In this document: piece after piece, positions 62,120 through 64,000 of the stretch
How positions within the stretch are numbered: the first letter of the stretch is position 1
How the letters are laid out: every line of letters begins with the position of its first letter
Source: the human T2T-CHM13v2.0 reference genome, Homo sapiens
Direction: 5' to 3' (one strand)
Assembly (NCBI RefSeq): GCF_009914755.1
Contig: NC_060947.1
DNA length: 64,000 nt
Made by a program: the position numbers and the translations under genes
The notes under the pieces: model-generated
What the model was told of the DNA's origin: nothing
Seen by the model: the letters and a program-made list of their open reading frames with translations, nothing else
The model's database searches: none

Positions 62120-63746
62120 TTAAATAAAATTTTGCTTATGTGTATTAAAATGTGAATGTTTTATCATTCTTGAATTTACAAAATCAATAATGATGTCTTT
62201 TACTACATTACATAACCAAAGGAAGTTGCATATATTTATAAAATCCATGCTTTTAAGTTGGAAAAAATATAGAGAAAATATTAGGTATTGGCTTTAACAT
62301 CAAATGCACAAGTATTTTAATCACAGCTGTGGAAAATGGCAAAAAAGCATGCAACTTTTAAAAAACAAGGCATCCTAATGAAACAGTAAAACATAAAAAA
62401 TGAATAGGTTTCAACATTCCATCAGTCCTATCAATTAAACTCAACAAACATTCATTAAGCATACCTAAAATGAGGCAGACATGGGGTAAAGGACAGTTAT
62501 ATCCAAAGAGGTCTATTTTGAGGGAAGAAGAAAGGAAGCAAGAGGGAGAGAGAGAACATACTGTGGTATAGCTGAAAGAGCAAATGTTTTCTGGAGTTTA
62601 GACAGAAAGATATGAATTCAGATCTGTGTAATCTTTTTTTTGAAAAAAACTTAAGCATCACAAGATCTGTACAATCACGAGCAAGATACTTATTTAAATT
62701 CTTTGAGACTCAGTTACCTTTCGGCTACACAATGGGGATAACACTACTGTAGCTTTGAGGAGCATATGACCATTTGAGATAAGGTATGTACCTAGAGCCT
62801 GGTATGTATGAGATATTCAATTAAATAGTAGCTATTGTTATTATATGCAAAGTAGCACCATGAATATGATTAAGGGATAAAACAATTTACTACCAGCAAT
62901 GAGTACTGCAGGATTCAGAGAAGGGCAAGATCAGTCTTACTTGCATAGGAAGGCTAGAAGAAAGATGTAGGGTCAGGGAGCAAGCTTTAAGACTTTTGGA
63001 GTGGCATTTAGATGGGTAGGAAGGATAGGCCCTAGAAAACAAGAGTCCAAGCATGGAGTACCCAGTGTAAGCAAAGATGTGAAGGCATGAATGACAAACA
63101 GGAAGGAACCAAATGAGATTTACTACTGCGCCAAGGCGAAATGGGGAGGATCCAGATTCTTGAGAAGTTGGAATGCCAAGATGAATTTATATTTGACCCT
63201 GTGAGCAAAGCTCTTTTTCAGCAACCAAATATTTCCTGAGCAAAGTGTATGTGCAATGCACTAGGGATATACATACAAATAAGATAATCTTCAAGAAGCT
63301 CATGATCTAGTGGGAAGGACAGACAGGTAAATAAATGATTATAATACATTCTAAGTACTCTGAATGGTTATATGAAACATGAAAATGGAAAGAATAGGAC
63401 AATCTTTGGAGGAGGGAGAAAGTTGAGTTGGTTTTATTTTCAGTTTAGGGTGACTGCAGATATTTAAAATATAGAAATAAGACCTCTGGGGAAAATAAAC
63501 AAAGCAGCTAAAAAATGCCCTATTTTTTCCATTCTACCAGTTTTCTATCCCCAACTGGGAGATTTTCATACCACTGACTGAAAATGGGCAAATCAGAAAT
63601 AGGAATCAATTGCTCTTGATGTCTACGCAGCTCTTTTAACTGACCTGTCCAGTTAGTATATCAAATTCAATAGCAATCTCTGATTTCATTACCTTGCCCG
63701 ATCGCTACAACTCTGGTATTTTCCTTGTTATATCTGATATGCCCCC

Positions 63747-64000
63747 TTTTTTTTGAGATAGGATATCGCTGTCGCCCTGGCTGGAGTGCAGTGGTGTGAC
63801 CTCGGCTCGCTGCAACCTCCCTCTCCAGGGTTCAAGTTATTCTTCTGCCTCAGCTTCCCGAGCAGCTGGGATTACAGGCTTGTGCTACCATACCTGGCTA
63901 ATTTTTGTATTTGTGGTAGAGACGGGGTTTCACCATGTTGGCCAGGCTGGTCTCTAACTCCTGACCTCAGGTGATCCGCCTGCCTTGGCCTCCCCAAGTG
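63747..64000 (-). mobile_element. Alu, cut by the window edge
   Basis: Reverse-strand Alu motifs. Confidence 0.9.

Overview
Primate (most likely human Xp22.12) genomic DNA, rich in Alus, with two known genes in tandem on the minus strand. One is the 5' part of EIF1AX (CpG-island promoter and coding exons 1-4, ~850-8730), which carries the retroposed scaRNA SCARNA9L in intron 2. The other is the 3' part of RPS6KA3/RSK2 (coding exons 5-22, 22291-62040, plus a ~5.5 kb 3'UTR ending near 16800). All 22 exons were read by hand: each has GT-AG ends, the phases match, and RPS6KA3 exons 5-22 total 1898 nt. Exon numbers and repeat family names come from recall, not from a search. The remainder is mostly interspersed repeats (about 50 Alus, LTR8, MLT1, MER DNA transposons, L1, MIR). 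Nearly all ORF-track entries outside the exons are repeat-derived noise. I see no wholly new biological system. The best leads are: (1) a perfect 12-bp stem that folds the EIF1AX exon-2 acceptor into a loop and pairs with codons 7-10, together with a recursive-splice motif on the same exon; (2) a retrocopied scaRNA with intact U2 guides but an interrupted GU tract; (3) an unexplained 24-bp perfect direct repeat in EIF1AX intron 1; (4) a probable X-inactivation escape boundary; (5) a strong Alu strand bias in RPS6KA3; (6) several atypical retrotransposition scars.
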